A DNA stretch of 64,000 bases. Origin: Chiloscyllium plagiosum (Eukaryota). This document shows positions 40,693 to 53,170 of the stretch, piece by piece (the stretch's first letter is position 1; every line of letters begins with the position of its first letter). A program made the translations under genes and the position numbers. The DNA lies in the NCBI RefSeq assembly GCF_004010195.1, contig NC_057752.1:7076099-7140098 (forward strand). Reading direction: 5' to 3'. The notes under the pieces are model-generated. The model made no database searches. It saw only the letters and a list, made by a program, of their open reading frames with translations, and was not told where the DNA came from.

Positions 40693-41512
40693 GTTAGTGT
40701 ATGTAATTATCACATTAAAAGAGAGGATCCAGTTCAGGGATGACTTGCTGTTTGGGAGGTATTTAGCTTTTCATATGGATTTCTGAACACAGAAACGCAG
40801 AGAGAGATCAGAGTCAATGTTTTGGGTCCAGTGAGTTCTGAAGAAGGGTCAAAACATTGACTCAGCTTTCTCTCCACAGATGCTGCCAGACCTGCTGTGT
40901 TTCTCCAGCAATTTCTGTTTTTATTTCTAACCTCTCCTCATAATTTAACCTCTGAGGTCCAGTTCTTGTAAGCCTACGTTGTACGCCCCCCAAGGCCAAT
41001 CTATTCTTCCAATGGTGTGGCGCCCAGATCCGCTCACCGTACTCCAGGTGGGGTCTAACTAGGGTTTTGTATAACTGCAGCATAATTTCTGCATTCTTAT
41101 ACTCCAGTCCTCTAGATATAAGGATTGCTGATATGAAACATAACTGGTTGACATTCAAAATCTGGTATATTTTAATTTTCCTTGCGGGAGTGGGGATTAT
41201 GCTAATCAAAATTCGGGGGCTTATTTTATGACCATTTCTGGGGACACGTTTCATCTAGAGAGGAAAATGAACAAATTAATTTGAATATCAACTTGAGTGC
41301 TGAACAGTCAGTATTTCACACTAAACCATTTTTTCTAGTTTTGAATTAAATTGTGTACAAATGTGTTAAGAGTTCTTAATCTAACTGTCAATTTTCTATT
41401 ACTTTGGGGACGAGGTAGGATTTACACCCAGGTGCTGTTAAAGTTGTAGATTAGAGGAGGGAGATGCTTTCTCTTTAAAAAAACACTTTATTGATTTTCT
41501 TTTACTCAACAG

Positions 41513-41675
41513 GAAGTATAAGGAATATGCTCCCTTGCAGCAAAACCCTTCGAGGATTCACTCTGAGTGGATCCCGGACAGGGCTGCCGTGAACATTTTC
41601 CTAAGAAATATGTTCGGTCGTCAAAGGAGTAAAGTCAGCGAGAACAGCCCTTTGCTACATGGGTGTGTTGTCTGA
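41513..41675 (+). CDS. PMEL: PMEL exon 12 (cytoplasmic tail, stop)
   Basis: KYKEYAPLQQNPSRIHSEWIPDRAAVNIFLRNMFGRQRSKVSENSPLLHGCVV*; ENSPLL acidic dileucine motif. Confidence 0.95.
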
Positions 41676-41714
41676 GACACAGAACATGGATTATGAAAGT
41701 GGATTCATGTTACT

Positions 41715-41720
41715 AATAAA
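41715..41720 (+). terminator. Candidate polyadenylation signal of PMEL
   Basis: aataaa 40 nt after the stop; another near 41812. Confidence 0.5.
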
Positions 41721-41949
41721 ATGTAACCAACCCGAGTTGCAAGTGTGAACATTTTTTAAACGGGGGAAGGGAGATGATGTGAATTGATTCCTAACACAGT
41801 TTGAACTATCAAATAAATAAGATTTTAAGCTGCAAGGCTGCCTGACCCAGCAACGGGATACAACATTGCAACCCGTTGCTTGAATCTTGCTAGTGGCTTA
41901 ATTGGAAACACTGTCAGAAAACTGCAGGTTCAAGAACTGTCTTAGAAAG

Positions 41950-42262
41950 TTAGATTAGATTACTTACAGTGTGGAAACAGGCCCTTCGGCCCAACAAGTC
42001 CACACCGACCCGCCGAAGCGCAACCCACCCATACCTCTACATTTACCCCTTACCTAACACTACGGGCAATTTAGTATGGCCAATTCACCTGACCTGCACA
42101 TCTTTGGACTGTGGGAGGAAACCGGAGCACCCAGAGGACACCCACACAGACACAGGGCGAACGTGCAAACTCCACACAGTCAGTCGCCTGAGGCGGGAAT
42201 TGAACCCGGGTCTCTGGCGCTGTGAGGCAGCAGTGCTAACCACTGTGCCACCGTGCCGCCCA
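41950..42262 (-). mobile_element. V-SINE (HE1-like), young copy
   Basis: Near-identical to 24685-25001. Confidence 0.9.
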
Positions 42263-42449
42263 CTGTTGAGCACAGAAATCTGGCTGTCACTCAATATTTC
42301 CTCAAGCAATTGGGAATGTGCCATACAGGGACAAACTGGTCACAGACTAGTGAACCTTAATCTAAGATGCACAAATCTGTTGGCTATGCACGAATCATAA
42401 GGGACCGTGCAGAACAAGTTAATTAAGCAAAGTGAGCAGATGTTCGATG

Positions 42450-43235
42450 GAAGGTTGCTGACACTCCGGTGCAGTGTTGAAGAAGTGCTCCACTATTAGA
42501 GGTGCTGCCTTTCAGATGAGACCCTTTCTGCTCTCTCCGTTGGCCTAAAAAAAATCCCATGATACCATTTGAAGAGCAAGGAAGTTATCCTCTCTGTCTT
42601 GGGCCTTGATTTATCCCTTACTCAACATCACACAAACAGATTAGCTAGTCAATTACACAATGCTGTTTGTGGGAGTTTGCTGTGTGTAAATTAGCTACTC
42701 TGTTTTCTTTATTAACAGAGGGATTTCTCTTGAAAAATATTTAATTAGTGTTAAGTTTTCCAAGATATTTTGAGGTTGTGAATGGCACTATATAAATGCA
42801 AGTGTTCTTTGAATACAGTCTTCCTGTCCAAATGACATCGGGACAGAGAAAGAAACTAGAAGGATAACAGGCAAGCTGACTGCATTAAGCACTTCATGGA
42901 GAGAAGCGCAAAATCTAGGCTGTCATTTCAGTGCACTATTCTCGGAGGTGCTGTCTTTCAGATGAGATGTCAACCTGAGTATCTATTTACCCATTCAGGT
43001 TAATGTAAAAGATTCCATGGCAGTATTTGAACAGTGACCAATATTTATCCTGAACGAATAGAACAAACAGATTAACTGATCTCATCTCATGCTATAGTGG
43101 AGCTTGCTGTGCGCAAAATTGGTTGCTCTGTTTACCTATGAAACTGAGACTGCTTCAAAAGTAACTGACTGATTGTGAATCAAGTACCTTGAGACATCCT
43201 AAGCACATGAAAGGCGCTATATAAATGCTATTCTT
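42450..43235 (+). mobile_element. Two adjacent old Deu-domain SINE-like copies (SacSINE/AmnSINE-like)
   Basis: Two diverged copies of gaggtgctg.ctttcagatgaga...gcttgctgtg.gcaaa...ggc(a/g)ctatataaatgc at ~42500-42800 and ~42944-43230. Confidence 0.6.
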
Positions 43236-45454
43236 TCTTTCTTTCTTATGATAGTGCAAGGAAATTATGGCATCCTTGCTGTATATCTGTATGCATTGGA
43301 AAGCTATAAAAGATCTTTTGCATTTGAAGGATCAAAAGTAAATAGTTGCCAATCACAATATTGCCTGCAAATAATAAACTAATTAGCATATATCAAGGAA
43401 GGCATTAGATACAGAAGTCATTGATTATTAATTAACAAACCAATGTGGTATGCAAAAACATTGATTCACCTGTGTGATTCTTAACAGAGTATCTCAATTT
43501 GCTTATCTGAGAAGGTGCAAAATGGTCTCCCTACAGTGCAATAGTGACCCTTTTTCAAAATACTTAATTGGCTACAAACCTCTTCGGGATTTCCAAATGT
43601 CATGCATAACACATTATTTGGCTTAGGATCCCTTTTTCCTGCCTCTTCAATCACAAAATGTGACATAGGAGCAAATGCATAACTTTTAGAAGAGAGAGAT
43701 TTTAGCAATGACTGCAATTTAGATTTGGCAACTATACCAAATAAAGACTCAGAGCATATGGAAGTTACAGGAAAAGACCAGTCAATTTTGGGAAAATTCT
43801 GCCTCCTCCCAACCCAAGTCTATGGATGTGATTATGAAATTAAGATCAGCTGATGTATGGACAATTGGTCACTAAAGGTATATGTGTTCTAATCATATGT
43901 TTTCACATATGTCACACTTCTTCTGTACTTTTTTTCTATATCATCTAATGCAAATTTAAACTTCAGAAAGGGGATTGAGATTTGTGCAACTAAATGCCAA
44001 AAGGCAGTAATGTTTTTTTTACCTCCTCGCTGAGCTTCAATCTGAATGAGCTCATTTCCATAAATATCAAACACAGCATTACACAGAGATGATCAGTTTG
44101 AGACTCTTTAATGTAGTCAAAGATTTCTTAAGTTGAGAACTGTGATTCAAACCTTGTCTCCCTAAATGGTAAGCAAATGTAATTGTCACTTTAGTACTGA
44201 GATCATGCCTATTCATTAGCACAGAAGTAGGCTTGACTTTAATTATTCTTTCTGAATCAAAAGCTTGTCAGTCAAGAATGGGTTTTCTGAATTATGTTAA
44301 AGTAATGGCAATCTAGGCTTCCTTGCCAGCCCCAGAGATTAATATTGTTTCAATCAGGATGTGGGCATTGCTGACAAATCCAGTATTTATTGCCCACCGA
44401 TAAATACCCTCGAGATTGTACTGGTGAGCTAACTTCACTGTAAATCACTGTAAACATAGCAGTTTGATACATCTTTTAGGCTAAGAATCAACCACATTTC
44501 TGAGGGTCTGGAATCACATATTGGCTTGGGCAAGTAAAGACAGCAGGTTTCCTTCCTTAAAGGACATTGATAAAGCAGATGGATTTTTACAACAATCTGG
44601 TTGTGACTTGATTTTAAATTCTATGTTTATTTAATTAATTGAATTCTAATTCCCCAGCTACCTTGTTGAAATTTGAATTCACATCACTGCATCAATAGTC
44701 CATCCTTCTGGATTCCTAGTTCCAATAACATAACAAGGATACTACCAAACCTTGTCGACTCATACATTGTGCAAGCAGGCCATTCATCCCATTGAGACCG
44801 CACCAACCCTCCAAAGAGTATCACACCAATGCAATATTAAAAGATTAAATTGTACTAACTCTCTGGACAATAATGTAATGTTAAAGGGTTAAACTGTGCT
44901 GTCTCTGTTTGGGGGGGACATTCATGCAGAAATACGGATAACTCCAATTTCATTTAGACAGTCATTTGCCACTACTCTCCTGCTATTATCAAATTAAACT
45001 TTCATTCAGTCCCTTCCATTCAGAAATGCTTTCATAGCCATCTCCCAAAGCTAGGACATATGACACCTACATTGTCTTGGGGAAATCATTGAATCGGGAA
45101 ATCATTTGCATAACAATTCCCCAGGATAAGGACATTTACATTTACATTATCTCCGAGGATGACCTCATCCTACCATTGTACCTGGGTAATATGTGATTAT
45201 TGGGGGGGTGGTGAGCATTACCAACTGACCTGTATAAAGGGAATGTATTTCCTTTGTTCAGGGCCTCACTTTGACCCAACTTTGCATGCCTGTGAAGAGG
45301 GTCAAAGGGGGTCACCTAGCTTGTACAGGCTTTAATAAACTTTAACTGTTTGCAGAAGTTGGTGTGTGCGAATTGCATCTTGTGTGTGAAACCTCAAGAA
45401 AAGAACCTAATACCAAGACCCAGCCCCCTGCATTTTCCATGACTAATCAATCTA

Positions 45455-45665
45455 GTCCACACATCCCTGGACACTACGGGCAACTTAGCATGGCCAATCC
45501 ATCTAACCTGCACATCTTTGGACTGTGGGAGGAAACCAGAGCACCCGAAGGAATCCCACGCAGACACGGTCAATGTGCAAACTTCACACAGACAGTCGCC
45601 TGAGGGTGGAATTGAACCTGGGTTCCTGGAGCTATGAGGCAGCAGTGTTAACCACTGAGCCACCC
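45455..45665 (-). mobile_element. V-SINE (HE1-like), truncated tail
   Basis: Reverse complement of the 6537 family head and V-domain. Confidence 0.8.
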
Positions 45666-46069
45666 CTGATGTGGTCAGTTTGACGATAAGATGCAGTGCT
45701 GGGGAACCTGTGAACCCAGAAAGTGTTCCCATCCTAATAGAATGAGGGTAGAACATTTTTAGAAGAATACTTTCACTCCACATAGTTGCAAACGCACCCT
45801 TCGCTGTGCTACATAGTTGAGCCTTTTATGAGTTATATCAGCTCTATATGCTAATGAGCTTTTCAAAGAAATGACAAATTCTAGTCATCTATTAAATAAC
45901 GTATTGCTCAGGAATCCCTCTCCTTTATAACAGGATGCAAAAATCAGAATTATATCAATCAAAAAGCACAAATCATTGTGTTTTATGAAGTATAACTCTC
46001 GGTTTTCATTGAATTGACTTTTAGACATATTTTCAAGTTCGACACACACTTTCCTTCATTATTCTTTAG

Positions 46070-48300
46070 TGGACCAACTCTTTCTCTGGTTACCCTCTTG
46101 CTTCTTATATATGAATAAAAGGCCTTGGGAATTCTCCTTAATTCTGCTCACTAAAGTTATTTCATGATCCCTTTTAGCCCGCTTGATTCTTCATTTAAGA
46201 TTGGTCCTACTCCCGTGATATTTCTCCAAGGCCCGTTCTGTTTTTAGCTGCCTGGACCTTATGTACGCTTCCATTTCCTCTTGGCTAGTCGCACGATTTC
46301 TCCTGTCATTCACGGTTCATGAATCTTGCCTTTCCTATCCCTTATTTTCAAAGGGACATGCCTACCCTGCACTATCTTCAACCTATCTATGAAAGCCTCC
46401 CACATATCAAATGTGGACTTCCTTTCAAATAGTTGCCCCAAATCCACATTTCCCAGCTACTGCCGAATTTTGATATAATTGATCTTGGCCCAGTTTAGTA
46501 CTCTTCCCTTAGGACCATTCTCACCTTTGTCTACAAGTATTTTAAAACTTACAGAATTGTGGTCACTATTCCCAAAGAAATCCCCCAGTGCAACTTCTAC
46601 CAACTGGGCTGGCTCATTCCCCAACACCAGGTCCAATATGGCCCCTTCCCTAGTTGGACTATTGACATACTGCTCTAGAAACCTTTCCTAGATGCTCCTT
46701 ACAAATTCTGCCCCATCCAGACCTCTGACACTAAGTGTATCCCAGTCAATGTTGGGAAAATTAAAACCTCCCATCACTACCGCCCTGTTGCCTCTACATC
46801 TTTCCATAATCTGTTTACCTATTTGTTCTTCTACCTCACACTCACTTATTTGTTCTTCTACCTCACACTCACTGTTGGGAGGCTTGTAGTACAGCCCCAA
46901 CAATGTAACTGAACCCTTCTTTTTTCTCAACTCTATCCATAATGCCTCACTGCTCAAGCCCTTCAGAGTATCCTCCTTTAGCACAGCCGTGATATCATCC
47001 CTGACCAGCAATGCAACTCCTCCCCACCTTTTACTTCCCTCCTTGTCCTGCTTGAGGCATCCATATCCTGGAACATTTAGTTGCCAATCATGCCCTTCCT
47101 TCAACCAAGTGTCTGTGATGGCAATAATGTCATTCTCCCAGGCACCAATCCAAGCCCTAAGTTCATCTGCCTTACCCACTATACTCCTTGCATTAAAATA
47201 TATGCACTTCAGACCACCAGTTCCTTTGTGTTCATCTGCTCTCTGCCTACTCTTCCCCTTGGTAATGCTAACTTCATGAGCCTTACAGTCTCTAGTTTCC
47301 ACCTCACTGTCTACTAGTCTTCTCTTCTGGTTCCCAGCCCCTTGCTACATTAGTTTAAACTCTCCCCAACAGCAGTGGCAAAAACTCCTCCAAGGACATT
47401 AGTTCCAGTCTAGTTCAGGAGTAGACCATCCGATTTGTAATAGCCCCACCTTCCCCAGAACCGGTCCCAATGTCCCACAAATCTGAACCCCTCCCACCTA
47501 CACCATCCCTCAAGCCACGTGTTCATCCTGCCTAATCTTTCATTTCTACCCTGGCTAACACGTGGCACTGGTAGTAATCCTGAGATCATTATCTTTGAGG
47601 TCCTCCTCTTTAAATTCTCTCCTAGCTCCCTGAATTCTGCTTTCAGGACCTCATCTCATTTTTTACTTATATCATTGGTCCCTATATGCACCACAACAAC
47701 TGGTTGTTCACCACCACCGCCCCTCCAAAACGGTATACCTGTTTTGGAGGGAGATGACCGCAGGGGACACCTGCACTGCCTTCCTACTCTTTCTCTGCCT
47801 TTTGGTCACCCATTCACTGTCCCCCTCAGCAATTCTAATCTGCGGTGTAACCAGTGCACTAAACGTGCTATCTATGAGCTCCTCAGCATCACGGATGCTC
47901 CACAGTGAGTCCATCCGCAGCTCCAGAGCCGTCATGCGGTCAAACAAGAGCTTCAGCTGGACACATTTCTTGCAAGTGTAAGAGCCAGGGACGTCAGCCA
48001 CGTCCCTGAGCTCCCACATCAGGCAAGAGGCACATGCCGCAGGTCTGAGGTCCCCTGCCATTGTAAGCATTAGCTTTAACTCAACTAACTAAAACCAAAC
48101 AATGCACTTAAATATATGAGAAAAGAAAAAAACCTTACCTTACACAGTCCTTTTCTTCTGGTTAGGTTGGGGGAAGGGAGATACTACATGTGTAGTATCT
48201 CGGGTTTAGCCACTGCCCAAGTACATACTAAGTCCTTAGCTTCCCGGCAACCTCCTGGTCTCCAACGTCACCTCAGCTCTGTCTCCCGCTGCTCCCGGAT
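46070..48300 (-). mobile_element. CR1 LINE 5' portion (ORF1 zinc finger/coiled coil + AP endonuclease)
   Basis: CASCLMWELRD...YTCKKCVQLKLL (ORF1); CIYFNARSIVGKADEL...IIAITDTWL...GGGVALLV-like...FNFPNIDW (APE). Confidence 0.9.
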
Positions 48301-48669
48301 GATAATCATGCTTGATTATTTCCAAATGACCCTCCAGGTTCACATACAATGAAAAGGCAAGCAGAACAGTTAGATCAGGCTATGAATTCATTGACACAGA
48401 AATGGCTCAAATATAGACTGATGCTCACTGAGCTATTTCAATACTAAGTAGTCAAGTTAAGTAACAAATGTAATTTTTGAGTTGGGTCACAGATTAGATA
48501 AGTAAAATTATAGGTAGTGGAATGTCCCTTTCAAGTTAAATAACAGCTCTTTTGGACACTGAAAGCAACACTGGTCAACTGAACAGCATGCTGGGAATTG
48601 GATCAGGCCAGACAGACAGATATGCAAACTGTTCAGCAGGCCTGTCAGCAATATGGAAAGAAATCAGAG

Positions 48670-49052
48670 CTGCATCAAGCTGAGCGATGACCCTCAGTAC
48701 ACAAACACCAACTGTCACTATGTACAGAGGTTCCACCTTTTTCCAGTGTTATGGAGGATGGGTCTGGCCTCAGCACTGTGGAACATTCCAAGTAGTTGGA
48801 CTGTCTCATATCACAGTCCTTTGTGGAGAAATTTGTAAAGGAAAACACCTTTGACCACAAGCCCACCAGAAAGTGGTCAGGACGCACTATCCTCGAGACC
48901 CTCCGGGAAAAGGAAGCAGTTGAGTTTGTCGGGTGGTTCGCTGAAGTAAGACTGTCAAAGTCATTTGGCAGAGTGCCTCATCACCAGAACTTTCTAACAA
49001 GCACCAAGATGTAGCTTGGCTGGTGGTGAAAAGGGCACTAACTGTGAGATCC
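48670..49052 (+). mobile_element. Tx1/L1-like LINE ORF2, left part (interrupted by the R2-type insertion)
   Basis: Ends ...KHQDVAWLVVKRALTVRS, which precedes the CCHC knuckle found after 53578. Confidence 0.75.
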
Positions 49053-49153
49053 TTAGCTTTAACTCAATTAACTTATTTGGTTGGTTGGTCTCCCAACGGT
49101 GCCTGTGTAGTCACCTTTGCAATCGTTTCTATGTATCTTATCAGTTGCAAAGT

Positions 49154-49392
49154 TGGTCGAACCTCCACGTGGTTCCCCCTGGAAACGACCTGTGAGAGGA
49201 AGCTCAATAACAGAGGAGTGGTTTTAACTTGTTTAAGAGGTTATATTGCCATGGATTTATCATTGGTTTTATCACTGATTTTATCATTGGTTTTACCTTT
49301 GGTTTTATCCAGTGCTGTATAGCCACTGACAGTTTTAACATTCTCTTTCTGTTGCATAAGCATTACTCTATTCAGGTCGGCTAATACGACCA
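49154..49392 (+). ncRNA. HDV-like self-cleaving ribozyme core (R2 5' UTR)
   Basis: P2 tggtcg(49154-59)/cgacca(49387-92); P3 acc/ggt with L3 tccacgt; P1 3' strand tccccct; P1.1 gg; P4 cgacctg(49186-92)/caggtcg(49373-79); J4/2 gctaata. Confidence 0.85.
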
Positions 49393-49446
49393 GAGAAAAG
49401 ATATGAGGCAGCTGGTGACCTATCGGTCAATGTTAGAAACCTATTT

Positions 49447-52400
49447 TTGGCAGCGGCGATTATGTTGAATTCCAAAATTTCTGATTGGGTGGGAAACCAG
49501 GAAAATAACTGCCCCGCAAGGTTGTTATTGGCGACACCGTGTGCTAAATGTGTTAGCCAAACAAGGACTAGACTATCCATTTCTATGCAAACTGAAGAGA
49601 CCATAATAGTCACTTCGGCACGGCTGCCCTCTGGCAGGCACGAGGAAGCTGGTAGTAAAGTCCAGAGGACTCAGGATCAAGTTCAAATTGAAGGATTCAT
49701 TGAGAAGACCCCTCTAGAATAATCTTGTTCTTTTAATAGCCGGACAATTTTTAGTTCAAATTTTAAAGGGCCCTTTGATTTTAGTCAAATTGGAGAACCA
49801 GAGAGCAATAAAGAGAAAAGTGAGAGTAGGATTATTCATCCTGTTGTTAATGAGAAAGATAAAATAGAAATAATAATAGAATATCCATTAGATAATTTTA
49901 TACGTAAATTTTGTAATAACATTTATAATACGACGGGAATGTTTAGAAAACATTTAAAATTGTGTAAAGGAATTAAAGCTGTGAGAGTTAAATGTAGTAA
50001 ATGCGGCTGGGAGGGTAGTTACCACTCAATCGTGTGTCACTACCCTAAATGTAATAGTAATATAAAAGAGAGGGAAGAAGGTAAATCAGTCCAATGTGAA
50101 ATTTGCCCGATTAGATTTACAACAGCTATAGGTTTAGGACAGCACGAGAGGCACGTGCACCCTAATTTGAGAAATGCTAAAAGAAATAAAGAAAAAAAAG
50201 GTAATTTGGAAAAAGTAGAGAAAGGTAAAAGAGGAGTGTGGTCCAACTCCAAAATAAAAATGTTACAACAATTAGAACAGGAATTTATAGGTTGTAAAAA
50301 TATTAATAAACTTATCGCTGAAAAATTGAAAACTAAGACGTCAAAACAAATTTCCAATAAAAGAAGATTGTTAGTTAAACATAATAAGATTAGCGATAAA
50401 GTTGAGGGCACAAGTCAGGAAGTAGTTCCCATTAATGATAATAGAAGTGAAGAGAATAGTGATCTAGATTTAGATACTCCAATAGAGGAGATAGTAATAG
50501 ATGAGTGTAACCATCAAGGAAATAATAATATTAATGGGAATGGAGAAACTAAAGATGGATCATTAATAGAATTAGTAGACATGATGAAGGACAAAATAAG
50601 GAAAAGCAAATGTATAATAAATGACTATGACAACATTATGGATATGATAATTGGTAAATTAGGGACCAAGGATAAGAGCAATAGGTCAAAGAAATTGAAA
50701 TATAAAAAGGGATTAATTACTAAGCAGAAGGATAGTAGACAAGAAGGTAAGACGAGGGTAAATAATGCTAAAAGAAGATATAGTAGGGAAAAAGGAAAGT
50801 TTAAAGAAACACAGGTTTTATATAAGAATAAAAGACAATATTTAGCTAGAACTATGATGGGAGCTCCAGCTAAATGCGAATGTCCGCTTAGCAAGGAGGA
50901 ATTGGAGGATTATTTTAAAAATAGATTATCTAATCCTAATGATAAAAGTAATTTGAGAGGTTTTGTCAAATATAAAGGTCAAATTGAGGGATCAATGTGT
51001 GACATGCTGACCGGCCCTATAACGGTAGAGGACGTCAATCAGGCCATTAAGGCGATGGACTTTAAAACTGTGGCGGGGCCGGATCAGATGACGCTTAAAG
51101 AAGTGATTAGAATATTTAATAAAGATAATACGATAATCCTCAGAATTTATACCATTTGGTTGAAAACAGGCAGTATCCCTGATATAGTAAAAATAAATAG
51201 AGCAGTATTAATCCCCAAAGTTAGTGATGAGGTTGGGTTAAAGGATTGGAGACCCATCACAATAGGTCCAATTTTGCTTAGGCTTTTAACGAAAATTATA
51301 GCTAATAGGTTAAGTAAAGTTATAAATTTAAATAAACGGCAAAAAGGTTTTATGGCAGGAGTAGCAGGTTGTGAAGAGAACATTAACATTTTGGAGAATA
51401 TCATTAATGGAGCTAAGAAAAAGAAAATCGACACAAATTGATAATAAATGCCCTGAAGAGAACTCAACTCCCTCCAGTTTTTATTAAATTAATTATGAGC
51501 TTATACAATAATAATTTTACTAGGATCGAAGGTTTTAATTGTAAAGCAAATAAGATCAAAATTTTAAGAGGGGTTAAACAAGTACTATTGAAGAAACGAA
51601 AAAAGGAATATTTTTGGGTCAAGATAAAGAGAGTTATCATTGTGTAACCTTAGCGTTTGCCGATGATATAGCTTTGATCAGCCAATCCTATGAAGGAATG
51701 GCATACAATTTAAAACTGATAGAAAAACTTTGTAATAATACTGGGATAGAGGTTAATGTAAGAAAAACAAAAGGATTCTACTTTGCTTATAAAAATAAAA
51801 TTTATAATGATAGGGCAAATTGGAAATTTAATGAGGGAAATATACAGTTTATAGATCCAGGAAGCACCGATAAATACCTTGGTACAAAAATTGATCCATG
51901 GATTGGGGTAAGCCAATTGAACTGGGAAGACCAATTAGGTATTTGGATAGATAATCTTAAAGGATCTCTTTTAAAACCTGTACAGAAATTGGAACTCTTT
52001 AAAGTGTATTTTATCCCTAGACGTTATTACTATTTAATTTTATCGGAAGTATCATTAAACTATCTTAATAAACTAGATAATATAATTAAAAGTGCAGTAA
52101 AAGAAATATTACATCTCCCACAATCCATCACAGATGGGTTTTTATATACTAAGACCCGTGATGGTGGCCTTGCGTTGAATAAACTGTCTACATTTATTCC
52201 AATTACTATTTTAAGGAAATATGAAATGCTATACAAATCCGAGGATGAAATTTTACATGCCTCATTTTCATTCGAGGGTGTTAGTATCGATACAAAAATG
52301 CAATAACTTAGTAAATTGAAAGTTTTAGAGAAGATTTAGAATCCAAATATAAATTGACAATTGGAAGAAATGGATATCACTCATGAGGAGAATTATGGTA

Positions 52401-53170
52401 TAGAGGAATTTAGTAATAAGAACGATACCAACTGGAGGTCTATAGAACTTCAGAAATGGATGGCCTTGCCCTGTCAAGGGGCGGGCATCCATTACTTCAA
52501 GAACGATAATTTCTCCAATAATTGGTTGACAAAAATTCAATATATGAAGATGTCCAAAGTAATAAATTCAATTTTATTATGAACGAACTTATATCCTACA
52601 AGGGCGTCTCTAGCTTATGGAAGGTCATTTAACATCAAGAATTGTCGGCGATGCAATGATAACTCAGAAACGATTGCGCATATTTCAGGATGGTGTCCCT
52701 ATGCAAAACATATGAGGATTAAGAGACACAATAGAATAATGGAAGAACTAATAAAGTTTATCAAGATAAAAGGATGGATAACATACGTGGAGCCACGCAT
52801 AAAAGATAACACTGGGAAATTATGGATACCAGATTTTTGGATACCAGATTTAATTTTTAAGAAGGAAAATCATGTTATCGTGGTAGACGTAACGATTAGA
52901 ATGGACATGCAAATTAACTCACTGGAACAGGCTTGGGAAGAAAAGAAAGAAAAATATAAACATCTAGAAAAGGAAATAATGGTCCTTACAAAAGGAACAA
53001 GAATATCCTTTTATGGATTTGTGATGGGATCCCGAGGAAAATGGTTTGAAAAGAACAATTAACTAATGAAAGACCTCGGGATTGAGAAATTTAAAACTTT
53101 TGTTCAAAATATCACACATCTTGTGCTATCTTTGACTCTCGAGCTTTTAAGGATTTTTATGGACTCATAG
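49447..53170 (+). pseudogene. Disrupted R2 polyprotein ORF
   Basis: Collinear fragments 49447-49722, 49939-51441, 51438-51647, 51614-52306, 52361-52582, 52712-53062; final ...RIFMDS* at 53170; stops, frameshifts and two RT deletions. Confidence 0.88.

Noticed and set aside
7748..41675. GPNMB as the identity of the gene
   Set aside because: RPT domain, KR site followed by CLIYRYGTF, ENSPLL tail and no juxtamembrane RGD favour PMEL.
41664..41675. CaaX prenylation motif at the PMEL C-terminus
   Set aside because: The end is G-C-V-V; Cys is third from the end, not fourth.
46820..46873. 27-bp tandem duplication (ECEVEEQI x2)
   Set aside because: Ordinary slippage inside a dead CR1 endonuclease.
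49030..49060. 28S rDNA remnant flanking the R2 element
   Set aside because: No GTAACTATGACTCTCTTAAGG upstream and no TAGCCAAATGCCTCGTC downstream; the flanks translate as Tx1-like ORF2.
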